A DNA stretch of 36,150 nucleotides from Clostridia bacterium (lineage in GTDB: Bacteria; Bacillota; Clostridia; Christensenellales; UBA1242): the NCBI GenBank assembly GCA_017443885.1, contig JAFSXW010000052.1:1-36150 (forward strand), read 5' to 3'. Positions 10,255 through 18,433 of this stretch are shown here, piece by piece. Position 1 is the first letter of the stretch; each line of letters begins with the position of its first letter. Position numbers and translations under genes: made by a program. The notes under the pieces were generated by a model. It saw only the letters and a program-made list of their open reading frames with translations. It searched no databases and had not been told where the DNA came from.

Positions 10255-11220
10255 TTAATTTTTAGTAACGCTTAAATCTTTGAGTATTCTAGAATAAATA
10301 CTTCTTGCGCCTATATCGTTTTTATATCTTATAGATTTTTGTTTACCAATAAAACTTAAATTTTCTTCTTTTAAACCAAGCTTTATCACTTTTTTATTTA
10401 GGCCATTTTTTGCTACTATATCACACATAATACTACCAAGCCCACCGGTTGTAAAATGCTCTTCAAGGGTGTAAATTGTGGTATAATTTTTTATTATCTT
10501 TTTAATTTTTTCTTCATTTATTGGCTTTAAAACAGGCACACTAAAAACTGCAACTTTAATTCCATTCATAAGTTCTAAAAATTTTGAACCAACCATTGCT
10601 TCACGCAGAATTGGGCCTGTTGCAAATATTATGCCGTCTTTCCCTTTTTTTGCTTCACAAACATCACTCACTTCATAATTATAAGTTATTTTTCCATTTT
10701 TCTTTTTTGAAATTTTTTCATCAATTTCTTCTGGCTCTGCACCTTTTTTATTAAGCCTTAGATAGCAAGGCCCATCATCTTCAAGCATGGCTTTTGTGCA
10801 AACTTCACACTCTTCTTTTGTGGCTGGGCTAAAAATTTTCATATTAGGCATTGCATTCATGCAAGCAATATCTTCTGTTGAATGATGCGTGAATCCAAGT
10901 GGTCCATACTCTACCCCTGCACCAATTGAAATTATTTTAACATCTGCATTATTATAGCAAACAAGATTTCTAATAAATTCAAGCACCCTTAATGTATCAA
11001 AATTGCCAATTGAATAAATAACAACCTTTTTGCCCGAAAGAGCAAGCCCTGTGGCTGTGCCTATCATATTTTGCTCACTTATGCCACAATTTACAAATCT
11101 GTCTTTATATTTTTCTTCAAAACTCTCCAATGCGCCAGCCCCTAAATCACCAGTAAGAAGCATTAAATTTTTGTTTGTTTTGGCATATTCATTTAAAATA
11201 TTTAAAACAGTATTTCGCAT
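10255..11220 (-). CDS. Transketolase, C-terminal (pyrimidine-binding) subunit
   Basis: 321 aa with GISEQNMIGTATGLAL and HHSTEDIA motifs. Follows the N-terminal subunit gene with a 2-nt gap (TAATTATG). Confidence 0.85.
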   Translation of the reverse strand: MRNTVLNILNEYAKTNKNLMLLTGDLGAGALESFEEKYKDRFVNCGISEQNMIGTATGLALSGKKVVIYSIGNFDTLRVLEFIRNLVCYNNADVKIISIGAGVEYGPLGFTHHSTEDIACMNAMPNMKIFSPATKEECEVCTKAMLEDDGPCYLRLNKKGAEPEEIDEKISKKKNGKITYNYEVSDVCEAKKGKDGIIFATGPILREAMVGSKFLELMNGIKVAVFSVPVLKPINEEKIKKIIKNYTTIYTLEEHFTTGGLGSIMCDIVAKNGLNKKVIKLGLKEENLSFIGKQKSIRYKNDIGARSIYSRILKDLSVTKN

Positions 11221-11222
11221 AA

Positions 11223-12023
11223 TTAAGCCCTCCCCCTTAGTTCTGCAAGCACACTATCTAGTTCTTCATCTTTAACATATTTTGCATGATAATCGTTATT
11301 ATTTTCCATCATTTTAACGCCTTTGCCTTTAATGGTTTTTGCAATTATTGCAAGTGGCAAAGAATGCTTTTTATTTAGGGCAAGTTTTATTTGTTTGTGG
11401 TTGTGGCCATCAATTTCTATTGTTTCAAAACCAAATGCAGAAAAACGCTCTGCCATATTGCTCATATCTATAATTTTTTTAGAATCTCCCATGCATTGCA
11501 AATGGTTATCATCAATAATAATGGTGAAATTATCTAATTTTTTTGCAGAAGCAAGCATAACAGCTTCCCAAACACTACCTTCATTGCATTCTCCATTTCC
11601 AACTAGCACAAAAACCTTAGAATCGCTTTTATCCAGCTTCCTAGCAAGTGCCATTCCAACGCCTGCACACACGCCTTGCCCAAGTGAACCAGTGGATAAT
11701 TCTATGCCTGCATTCCCAGTTTTCGAAACATGCCCAGAAAACTTACTTCCATCTTGATAATAAGTTGAAAGCAATTCTTCTTTATTAAGCACGCCAATTT
11801 CCGCTAGCGCACTATAAACAGCAAGCCCTGCATGCCCCTTACTTAAAATAAATTTATCATAAAAAACATCTGTGCCTTTTTTATTTTGCCTTAATGTTTC
11901 GCCATATAAAACTGCCAAAATATCTGCAATAGAAAACATAGAGCCAATATGGCTTGCTCTTGCTTTATTAGTTGCAATTATGCAATCTTCCCTTATTTTT
12001 TCTGCTAAATCTATTGTATTCAT
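11223..12023 (-). CDS. Transketolase, N-terminal (TPP-binding) subunit
   Basis: 266 aa with SKGHAG, GSLGQGVCAGVGMA and GNGECNEGSVWEA thiamine-diphosphate motifs. GGGG/GGAA SD upstream. Confidence 0.85.
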   Translation of the reverse strand: MNTIDLAEKIREDCIIATNKARASHIGSMFSIADILAVLYGETLRQNKKGTDVFYDKFILSKGHAGLAVYSALAEIGVLNKEELLSTYYQDGSKFSGHVSKTGNAGIELSTGSLGQGVCAGVGMALARKLDKSDSKVFVLVGNGECNEGSVWEAVMLASAKKLDNFTIIIDDNHLQCMGDSKKIIDMSNMAERFSAFGFETIEIDGHNHKQIKLALNKKHSLPLAIIAKTIKGKGVKMMENNNDYHAKYVKDEELDSVLAELRGRA

Positions 12024-12149
12024 ATTTTCCCCTTACACACATAATTTTCCACTTTCTATTTTATTATAATTTTTGCCATAAATCAAATAAAAAGACGCAT
12101 TAAATAGAAATCAGTTAGCAAATAAAAGTTAATGAAGCATTTAACATTT

Positions 12150-12216
12150 AATAAAGAAAAAAGAGCGAGTCTTGCGACGGGCGTACTCCTCGTACTCCCG
12201 AGCATGCAAAACTCGC
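12150..12216 (-). terminator. Long compound intrinsic terminator downstream of ftsZ
   Basis: Minus strand: GCGAGTTTTGC ... GCAAGACTCGC outer stem (11 bp, one G:U), inner CGGGAGTAC-GAGGA-GTACGCCCG stem-loop, then TCTTTTTTCTTTATT. It is the only GC-rich intergenic element in the window. Confidence 0.7.
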
Positions 12217-12254
12217 ATTTTCTGCACTTATTCACTAAATTTAAAGGTTTTTAC

Positions 12255-13526
12255 CTAATGAAACTTCCTCCTCATAAACGCCGGAATATCATCATCATCA
12301 ACCATAATTCTGTTTGAAGAAATACCCATATCTTCAACTGGTTTTGAAGGCGTTGCTGGTTGCTGTTGTTTGTCTTCCTTTTCTTCTTCATCACCAAACA
12401 TTTTAACGCCTTCTTTTTGTGGTTCTTTTTCATTTAAAATATCACTAGAGGAAAGTTCTTTTGTGTTTAAAAAATTTGCAAATTTTTCTTTATCAAAAAT
12501 ACTATCAGTTATTGGGCGAAGTGTTTGTTCCTGCACTGATTTAACTTCTGCATCTTGTTTTGCAAGTGTTTCAAAATTACTATTTTCAAAGCCTGTTGCA
12601 ATAACTGTTATCTTAATTCTATCCTTATATTCTTCATCAATGGTTGCACCAAAAATTGTGTTAGCAGAAGGGTCAACAACTTCTTTAACAAGCTTAACCG
12701 CTTCATTAACTTCATCTAGGCTCATATCAAAGCCACCGCAAACATTAATAATAACTGCCTTTGCACCTTCAATAGTGGTTTCAAGAAGTGGGCTAGCAAC
12801 AGCCTGCCTAACGGCATCAACATTTCTGCCTTCGCCTTTACTTTCGCCAATACCCATATGAGCAAGGCCTCTATTCTTCATTACTGTTCTAACATCTGCA
12901 AAATCAAGGTTTATGAGCGATGGCGTTGCAATTAAATCTGCTATACCTTGAATACCTTGCCTTAAAACATCATCTGCATATTTAAAGGCATCAACAAAGC
13001 TTGTCCCTTTTGGAACAACTTGAAGCAATCTATCATTTGGAATAACCACAAGTGTATCAACGCATTTTGAAAGGTTTTTTATGCCCATTTCTGCATTTTG
13101 CATTCTTGTTCTGCCTTCAAATTCAAATGGCTTTGTTACAACTGCAATGGTTAAAATGCCCATTTCTTTTGCAATGCTGGCAATAACAGGTGCTGCACCA
13201 GTGCCAGTGCCACCACCCATGCCGGCAGTAACAAACACTAAATCTGTGCCTTTAAGTTTTTCGGCAATTTCAGCACGGCTTTCTTCAGCGGCTTTTCTTC
13301 CAACTTCTGCATCGGCACCTGCCCCACGACCTCTGGTTAATTTTTCGCCAATTTGAATTTGGTCTTCTGCGCTTGATATCATAAGAGCTTGCTTATCGGT
13401 GTTTACAGCCAAAAACTTGGCAGATTTTACGCCTGCTGCAATCATTCGGTTTACGGCATTATTTCCGCCACCACCAACACCAACAACTAAAATTTGACAA
13501 ACTGGTGAAATATTAGAAAAATTCAT
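12255..13526 (-). CDS. ftsZ: Cell division protein FtsZ
   Basis: [28 protein letters not shown] tubulin signature, long acidic linker and C-terminal [11 protein letters not shown] peptide. Confidence 0.97.
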   Translation of the reverse strand: MNFSNISPVCQILVVGVGGGGNNAVNRMIAAGVKSAKFLAVNTDKQALMISSAEDQIQIGEKLTRGRGAGADAEVGRKAAEESRAEIAEKLKGTDLVFVTAGMGGGTGTGAAPVIASIAKEMGILTIAVVTKPFEFEGRTRMQNAEMGIKNLSKCVDTLVVIPNDRLLQVVPKGTSFVDAFKYADDVLRQGIQGIADLIATPSLINLDFADVRTVMKNRGLAHMGIGESKGEGRNVDAVRQAVASPLLETTIEGAKAVIINVCGGFDMSLDEVNEAVKLVKEVVDPSANTIFGATIDEEYKDRIKITVIATGFENSNFETLAKQDAEVKSVQEQTLRPITDSIFDKEKFANFLNTKELSSSDILNEKEPQKEGVKMFGDEEEKEDKQQQPATPSKPVEDMGISSNRIMVDDDDIPAFMRRKFH

Positions 13527-13569
13527 AATGTTTTCTCCGTATATAAATTATTTTTTAGTAATTAAAAGT

Positions 13570-14712
13570 TTAATTTAATATGTTTAAAAGGCCATCTTCT
13601 ATATCTATACACACATCTAAAAGCCCAATTTCTGTTGAAGAATCTGGCCTAGAAATATGAGGAATATTTGGTTTCACAATTTCCACTTTTCTGCCTAGGC
13701 GTTTAGAAAAATAGTCTTTTACACCTTTAATATAACAAACTCCGCCACCCGTTAAGCATATAGGAATATAATCTGGAAATTCAAACATACAGTTTTCAAT
13801 CGCCTTGTTTATATACTTAATTATCATATCTAAACGGCCTTTAACTATTTCATTTGTATCCTTTGCGCTATATGGAACAATATAATCTTTAGATTGCACT
13901 TCATAAGTGTCTTCCGAAGAAGCATTCCAACTAATAACTGCTTTATGTTTTAAGCTTTCTGCTTCGCTAAAACTAATTTTTAAACATTGCGATAAATCTG
14001 CCGTGATATATCCGCCACCCATAGAGAAGTTAGACAAATATAACAGCCCATCGCCCCTTGCAAGCATAACATTGGTAGTTATATATCCACAATCAACTAA
14101 AAGCACATATTTATCTCTCACTTCTGGTGCAAATAAATGCAAGCATTCTGCAAGGCAAGAGTTTATATAATCGCTTTTTTTAATACCAAGCTCCGCCAAA
14201 ATATTTTCAATAAAATCTAAAAAGTTATTTTCAGCTAAACTGAAACTAATTAGCCCACTAAGCTTTGAGGCAACAATTCCCCTAGGATCAATAACTCTTC
14301 TACCATCTTCAATGGTGAAATATATTGGGCTTATATTTATAACGGTGTGCGTTGGATGTTTTTTAAAAGTGTTGCTATTATAGTAAAGCTTAGAAACATC
14401 TTCGCTGGTTATTTTTTTTCTTCTTGAAAAATTAACCGAACATTCTTTGCAAACCACGCTAACAAACTCACCAGGCACGCCAACATAAACTTCATTTATT
14501 TTTTCGCCACAACTGGTTTCACAATTTGCAACTGCCATTGCTATTGCCATTTTTAGCCTTTCGGGCTCTAAAAATTCGCCATTTTCAAAACCAGCATAAT
14601 CGGCTGTGCCTTTGCCTTTTATAACGAATGTGTTATTAACGCCCCTTCTTCCACATAAAACAGTTATGCAAGAAGAACCTATATCGATAACAGAAACATT
14701 TTTAACTGCCAT
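13570..14712 (-). CDS. ftsA: FtsA-like actin-fold cell division protein (short, divergent)
   Basis: 380 aa directly upstream of ftsZ. Phosphate-1 VIDIGSSCITV, GGGYITADL and adenosine motif CLTGGGVCYIKG are present. Phosphate-2 is DCGYITT instead of DIGGG(S/T)T, and there is no long C-terminal tail (see findings). Confidence 0.75.
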   Translation of the reverse strand: MAVKNVSVIDIGSSCITVLCGRRGVNNTFVIKGKGTADYAGFENGEFLEPERLKMAIAMAVANCETSCGEKINEVYVGVPGEFVSVVCKECSVNFSRRKKITSEDVSKLYYNSNTFKKHPTHTVINISPIYFTIEDGRRVIDPRGIVASKLSGLISFSLAENNFLDFIENILAELGIKKSDYINSCLAECLHLFAPEVRDKYVLLVDCGYITTNVMLARGDGLLYLSNFSMGGGYITADLSQCLKISFSEAESLKHKAVISWNASSEDTYEVQSKDYIVPYSAKDTNEIVKGRLDMIIKYINKAIENCMFEFPDYIPICLTGGGVCYIKGVKDYFSKRLGRKVEIVKPNIPHISRPDSSTEIGLLDVCIDIEDGLLNILN

Positions 14713-14821
14713 TTCTTCCCCTAAAAAATAGAATTTTACTTATATAAAATATACAATAATAAAAAATTATTGTCAAACACTTACACACTATTATTTTAAC
14801 TTAAATTAATTTTTTTATGAA

Positions 14822-14860
14822 ACAAAAAACACATAGCTTAAAGTTTTACGCCATGTGTTT
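14822..14860 (-). terminator. Intrinsic terminator downstream of mscL
   Basis: ACACATAGC / GCCATGTGT arms (9 bp, one G:U on the minus strand), flanked by an A-run and a T-run. Confidence 0.65.
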
Positions 14861-14870
14861 TTTATAATTA

Positions 14871-15500
14871 CTATTTATTTTTTAAAAGGTTTCTAATTTC
14901 AATAAGCAATTCTTGCTCAGAAAGTTTGCTATCTGCCTCTTTTTGAGCAATATCTGCAGCTTCTTGTGCCATTTTGGCATCTTCTTCTTCCTGCGCTTTT
15001 TTAGCTTCTTCTTCGGCTTTTCTTTCTGCTAAAATTTCTTTTCTTGCTTTTCTTAAAGATATTTTCTTCTCTTTTGCTCTTTTAATAATTTCTTTTTGAA
15101 GAGTTCTTCCATCTTTGCTTAGTTCTGTTTTAAGTTTAGAATTAAATTTATCCATTCTGCGTTTAGAATCGTTAGAAATTTTAACAATTAAGAACAATGT
15201 AAGTGCAATAATGAAGAAATTAATAATTGCAGAAATGAATGCGCCCCAGTTAATATAAATAGATTTTGCTAAATCTAATTTGCCATCAGTGTAGCCTGCA
15301 CTTAAAATTGTGTATGCACTTTCTAGCCCATCTTTACCACCACAAAGAGCAAGAATCCAGTTAACTAGTGGCATTATTATTTGGTTTGTAAGTGCTGTAA
15401 CAATAGCAGAAAAAGCACCACCAATGATTACCGCAACAGACAAATCAACAATATTTCCCCTTGAAATAAACTCTTTAAATTCTTTAAAAAACTTTTTCAT
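14871..15500 (-). CDS. mscL: Large-conductance mechanosensitive channel MscL with an extended charged linker
   Basis: The N-terminus FKEFKEFISRGNIVDLSVAVIIGGAFSAIV and the C-terminal SEQELLIEIRNLLK match MscL (E. coli [24 protein letters not shown] ... EVLLTEIRDLLK). It is 209 aa versus about 130-150 typical. AGGAGG SD upstream. Confidence 0.85.
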   Translation of the reverse strand: MKKFFKEFKEFISRGNIVDLSVAVIIGGAFSAIVTALTNQIIMPLVNWILALCGGKDGLESAYTILSAGYTDGKLDLAKSIYINWGAFISAIINFFIIALTLFLIVKISNDSKRRMDKFNSKLKTELSKDGRTLQKEIIKRAKEKKISLRKARKEILAERKAEEEAKKAQEEEDAKMAQEAADIAQKEADSKLSEQELLIEIRNLLKNK

Positions 15501-15594
15501 ATTTCCTCCTTTGTTATCTAAATTGTATTATACACCAATAAAAATAAACTTTCAAGTTTTTTACTGACGATTGTGGTTTTAAATATAATTATTG

Positions 15595-15623
15595 TTGCAA
15601 AACCAATTTTTGTGTGCTATACT
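15595..15623 (+). promoter_or_regulatory. Sigma-A type promoter of asnS
   Basis: TTGCAA (15595-15600), 17-nt spacer, TGcTATACT extended -10 (15618-15623). The GAGGA SD and the ATG at 15644 follow closely, implying a very short leader. Confidence 0.5.
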
Positions 15624-15643
15624 AACAAAGCGAGGATTTTATT

Positions 15644-17035
15644 ATGATTAAAATAGATATTAAAAAAGTTTATGATGAGCAAAAAAAGTATGCAAATAAA
15701 GAAATCACAGTTGCTGGCTGGGTGCGTTCAGTTAGAAACTCTAAAAATTTTGGTTTTATAGATTTAAATGACGGAACTTGCTTTAATGGCATTCAAATTG
15801 TGTTTGAAGCCGATAAAATTAATAACTATGATGAAGTTGCATCCCTTCTTGCTGGTTCTAGCGTTTGCGTTTCAGGAATACTAGTTTTAACCCCAGAAGC
15901 AAAACAACCTTTTGAACTTAAGGCAACAAAAGTTAAAATTTTAAATGCAACAGATGAAATCTATCCACTTCAAAAGAAACACCACTCTGTTGAATTTTTA
16001 AGAGATATTGCATACCTTAGGCCTAGAACAAGGCTTTTTAATGCCGTGTTTAGAGTAAGAAGCGTTGCCGCTTATGCTATTCATAAATACTTTCAAGATA
16101 ATGGATATCTTTATGTTCACACCCCACTAATTACCACCACCGATTGCGAGGGGAGCGATCAAATGTTTAAAATTACCACACTAAACATGGATAATATCCC
16201 TAAAACAAAAGATAATAAGTGTGATTTCAAAGAAGACCTATTTAATAAAAAAGCATATATCACTGGCTCTGGGCAACTTCATGGCGAAGCCTTTGCACTT
16301 GCCTTTTCTAAAATTTACACTTTTGGCCCAACTTTTAGAACAGAAAACAGCAACACAAAAACTCACGCAAATGAATTTTGGATGATAGAACCAGAAATTG
16401 CTTTCTGTGACCTTGATGGCCTTATGGATATTGAAGAAGAAATGCTTAAAAGCGTTGTTCAATATGTGCTTACAAACTGCCCTGTTGAAATTGAATTTTT
16501 AGATAAATTCGTTCAAAATGGTTTAAAAGAAAAACTTGAAAAATTAATTAATTCTAATTTCACAAGAATTGATCACAAAGATGTTATCACCATTCTTAAA
16601 AATTCTGGCGTAAAATGGGAATTTGAACCAGAATATGGTGGCGATATAGCTAAAGAACACGAAAAATATATCACTAAATATTTTGGAGGCCCTGTGTTTA
16701 TTAAAAACTGGCCAAAAGATATTAAGGCATATTATATGAAGGTGAATGAAGACAACGAAACCGTTGCAGCAGTTGACCTTGAAGTTCCAGAAGCTGGTGA
16801 GCTTATGGGCGGAAGCCAGCGTGAAGAAGATTATGCTAAAATTCTTAAACGCTGTGATGAAATGAAAGTTAACAAAGAGCCTATTGATTGGTTCTTAAAT
16901 TTAAGGCGTTTTGGTTCTTGCGAGCATTCTGGTTTTGGTATGGGATTTGAAAGATTGGTTATGTATTTAACTGGTGTTGATAATATCCGTGATTCTATCC
17001 CATTCCCAAGAACTCCTGGCTCTTGTCAATTCTAA
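15644..17035 (+). CDS. asnS: Asparagine--tRNA ligase
   Basis: 463 aa. The N-terminal OB fold has VAGWVRSVRNSKNFGFIDLNDG. Class II motifs FRTENSNTKTHANEFWMIEPE and GFGMGFERLVMY. Confidence 0.95.
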   Translation: MIKIDIKKVYDEQKKYANKEITVAGWVRSVRNSKNFGFIDLNDGTCFNGIQIVFEADKINNYDEVASLLAGSSVCVSGILVLTPEAKQPFELKATKVKILNATDEIYPLQKKHHSVEFLRDIAYLRPRTRLFNAVFRVRSVAAYAIHKYFQDNGYLYVHTPLITTTDCEGSDQMFKITTLNMDNIPKTKDNKCDFKEDLFNKKAYITGSGQLHGEAFALAFSKIYTFGPTFRTENSNTKTHANEFWMIEPEIAFCDLDGLMDIEEEMLKSVVQYVLTNCPVEIEFLDKFVQNGLKEKLEKLINSNFTRIDHKDVITILKNSGVKWEFEPEYGGDIAKEHEKYITKYFGGPVFIKNWPKDIKAYYMKVNEDNETVAAVDLEVPEAGELMGGSQREEDYAKILKRCDEMKVNKEPIDWFLNLRRFGSCEHSGFGMGFERLVMYLTGVDNIRDSIPFPRTPGSCQF

Positions 17036-17045
17036 ATAAAAAAAT

Positions 17046-17075
17046 AAAACCACCAAAGTGTTGGTGGTTTTTTAA
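17046..17075. terminator. Bidirectional terminator between convergent asnS and the 156-aa ORF
   Basis: AAAACCACCAA-agtg-TTGGTGGTTTT perfect 11-bp stem with A/T runs on both sides. Confidence 0.75.
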
Positions 17076-17081
17076 TGCTAT

Positions 17082-17552
17082 TTATCTTTCTAATGCTTCT
17101 TCAGCATTATTGCCATTTAAGCCCAATTCGTTTTCGAGTGCTATTCTTTCTTCTTGCTTTTTTGCTTCATATTTTTGCGAAATTTTTCTCTCTTCGTCTA
17201 AAAGATATTGCGCAAAATCTTCCATATATTCTGGATGTGTATTGCTTAATAAACTCTGCATTATATTTCTATATTTCTTCTGTGCATTTGCATATACTCT
17301 TGTGCCTTCAAAAACACTGCTAGAATGAACTGAAAAATCATTAAACACAACGCTCGTGGTTATTTCATCGCCAAGTGTGGAATATAACTTTTCATAAACA
17401 CAAACACAATCTTCTCCATACACAATATCATATTTTTGATAACTATCATTATTTGATTTTAACCCAAACTTTTGTGCTAACTTTATAAGATCCTTATGGC
17501 TTAATAATTCCTTTAATAGGCAAGCATATTTTCCTTCTGTATATTTTTCCAT
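17082..17552 (-). CDS. Hypothetical protein (about 156 aa), no family recognised
   Basis: The open frame 17082-17639 in the track begins at a GTG with no SD. The first ATG (17552, MEKYTEGKY) has AAGGAG upstream, but about 16 nt away. Soluble, with a charged helical C-terminus (KISQKYEAKKQEERIALENE). Bounded by a terminator. Confidence 0.5.
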   Translation of the reverse strand: MEKYTEGKYACLLKELLSHKDLIKLAQKFGLKSNNDSYQKYDIVYGEDCVCVYEKLYSTLGDEITTSVVFNDFSVHSSSVFEGTRVYANAQKKYRNIMQSLLSNTHPEYMEDFAQYLLDEERKISQKYEAKKQEERIALENELGLNGNNAEEALER

Positions 17553-17697
17553 AGATTTATTACATTTTCTCCTTTTTGTTTTTTTATTATAACAAACAAA
17601 CTTGCAGTTGTCAATATTAAGGTTATTAAAAAACACCACAAAATTTAATGATTAAAAATATTAATTATCAAATTTATCAAAAAAATGTAAAATATAC

Positions 17698-17726
17698 TTG
17701 ACATTATAAAATTAATGGCATATCAT
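17698..17726 (+). promoter_or_regulatory. Sigma-A type promoter of the membrane-protein/XRE pair
   Basis: TTGACA (17698-17703), 17-nt spacer, TATCAT (17721-17726). Confidence 0.55.
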
Positions 17727-17732
17727 ATAAAT

Positions 17733-17748
17733 GTAAAGTGCACTTAAC
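17733..17748. promoter_or_regulatory. Palindrome at the predicted transcription start, candidate operator for the downstream XRE regulator
   Basis: GTAAAGTGCACTTAAC has a perfect 10-bp core, AAGTGCACTT, and 14 of 16 positions are symmetric. It begins 7 nt after the -10 hexamer. Confidence 0.35.
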
Positions 17749-17841
17749 AAAAATTATATGCCAATGCAAACAAAACCAAGCGTTTTAATTAAAAACATTT
17801 ATTAGTTAAGTTTGAAATGGCAAAAAAAGGAGGATAAAAAC

Positions 17842-18165
17842 ATGGAAAAAGAAGAGATTTTAGAAAAAGCTTCTAGTAAAAAAGCAATTGTTGGCGAGAT
17901 GGAAAAAGCAAAAATAAATAAAAGCAACTGGATAAGCGTGATAACCGTTGGAATAATGGCAGTTTGCTTTATGATTATTGAAGGGTTACTCGGCCATATT
18001 TCTGCTATTTATGCCATTGCAACCATTTGTTTTAGTTGGGCAAGTGTGTTTTATTTTTGCCAATTCTTTATTGCAAAAAGGCCTGTGGGCGTTTTAATTG
18101 GTGGAATACTTGAGGCGGTTGGTGCAATTACAATGATAACCTTATATATAATAAGGTGTGTTTAG
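17842..18165 (+). CDS. Small membrane protein (3 TM), resembles the DUF6442-type partners of short XRE regulators
   Basis: The track ORF starts at TTG 17812. The ATG at 17842 (MEKEEILEKASSKK) has AAGGAGG upstream. It has a charged N-terminus followed by three hydrophobic helices. The family name is from memory of similar pairs, not from a search. Confidence 0.6.
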   Translation: MEKEEILEKASSKKAIVGEMEKAKINKSNWISVITVGIMAVCFMIIEGLLGHISAIYAIATICFSWASVFYFCQFFIAKRPVGVLIGGILEAVGAITMITLYIIRCV

Positions 18166-18174
18166 GGTAAAATT

Positions 18175-18384
18175 ATGAATGATGCAGAATTAATTTTAAA
18201 AAATAATGTTAAAAAAATAAGGCAAGAAAAAGGTTATTCACAAGAAGAACTTGCAAAAAAAGTTGGCACCACCAGGCAAACTATAATATCTATTGAAAAG
18301 AATGTTTTTTGCCCCACTGCCCGTCTTGCCTTGCTTTTATCAATAGCCCTAGAAACTAGATTTGAAGATTTATTTTTCTTCTAA
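18175..18384 (+). CDS. XRE-family helix-turn-helix transcriptional regulator (69 aa)
   Basis: IRQEKGYSQEELAKKVGTTRQTIISIEKN is a classic Cro/C1-type HTH. It starts 9 nt after the upstream membrane-protein gene. Confidence 0.8.
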   Translation: MNDAELILKNNVKKIRQEKGYSQEELAKKVGTTRQTIISIEKNVFCPTARLALLLSIALETRFEDLFFF

Positions 18385-18392
18385 AAAAGAAC

Positions 18393-18424
18393 AAAAAAGA
18401 GCATTGCCTTAATGCTCTTTTTTT
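18393..18424. terminator. Bidirectional terminator between the XRE gene and the convergent ThyX-like gene
   Basis: AGAGCATT-gcctt-AATGCTCT stem, flanked by an A-run and a T-run. Confidence 0.75.
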
Positions 18425-18433
18425 GTTTATTTT

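Noticed and set aside
12132-12317. 61-aa plus-strand ORF in the ftsZ-transketolase gap
   Set aside because: It runs through the ftsZ terminator hairpin and into the 3' end of ftsZ on the opposite strand. It has no SD and its sequence is implausible.
15501-15643. Possible T-box leader upstream of asnS
   Set aside because: The whole mscL-asnS gap is 143 nt. The best promoter (-10 at 15618-15623) leaves a leader of only about 14 nt. There is no specifier hairpin, T-box sequence or terminator/antiterminator pair.
17842-18384. Toxin-antitoxin or abortive-infection reading of the membrane-protein/XRE pair
   Set aside because: The order is membrane protein first and regulator second. The size and the 3-TM architecture fit the common uncharacterised membrane-protein + XRE modules. 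No nuclease, kinase or holin-like features are visible.
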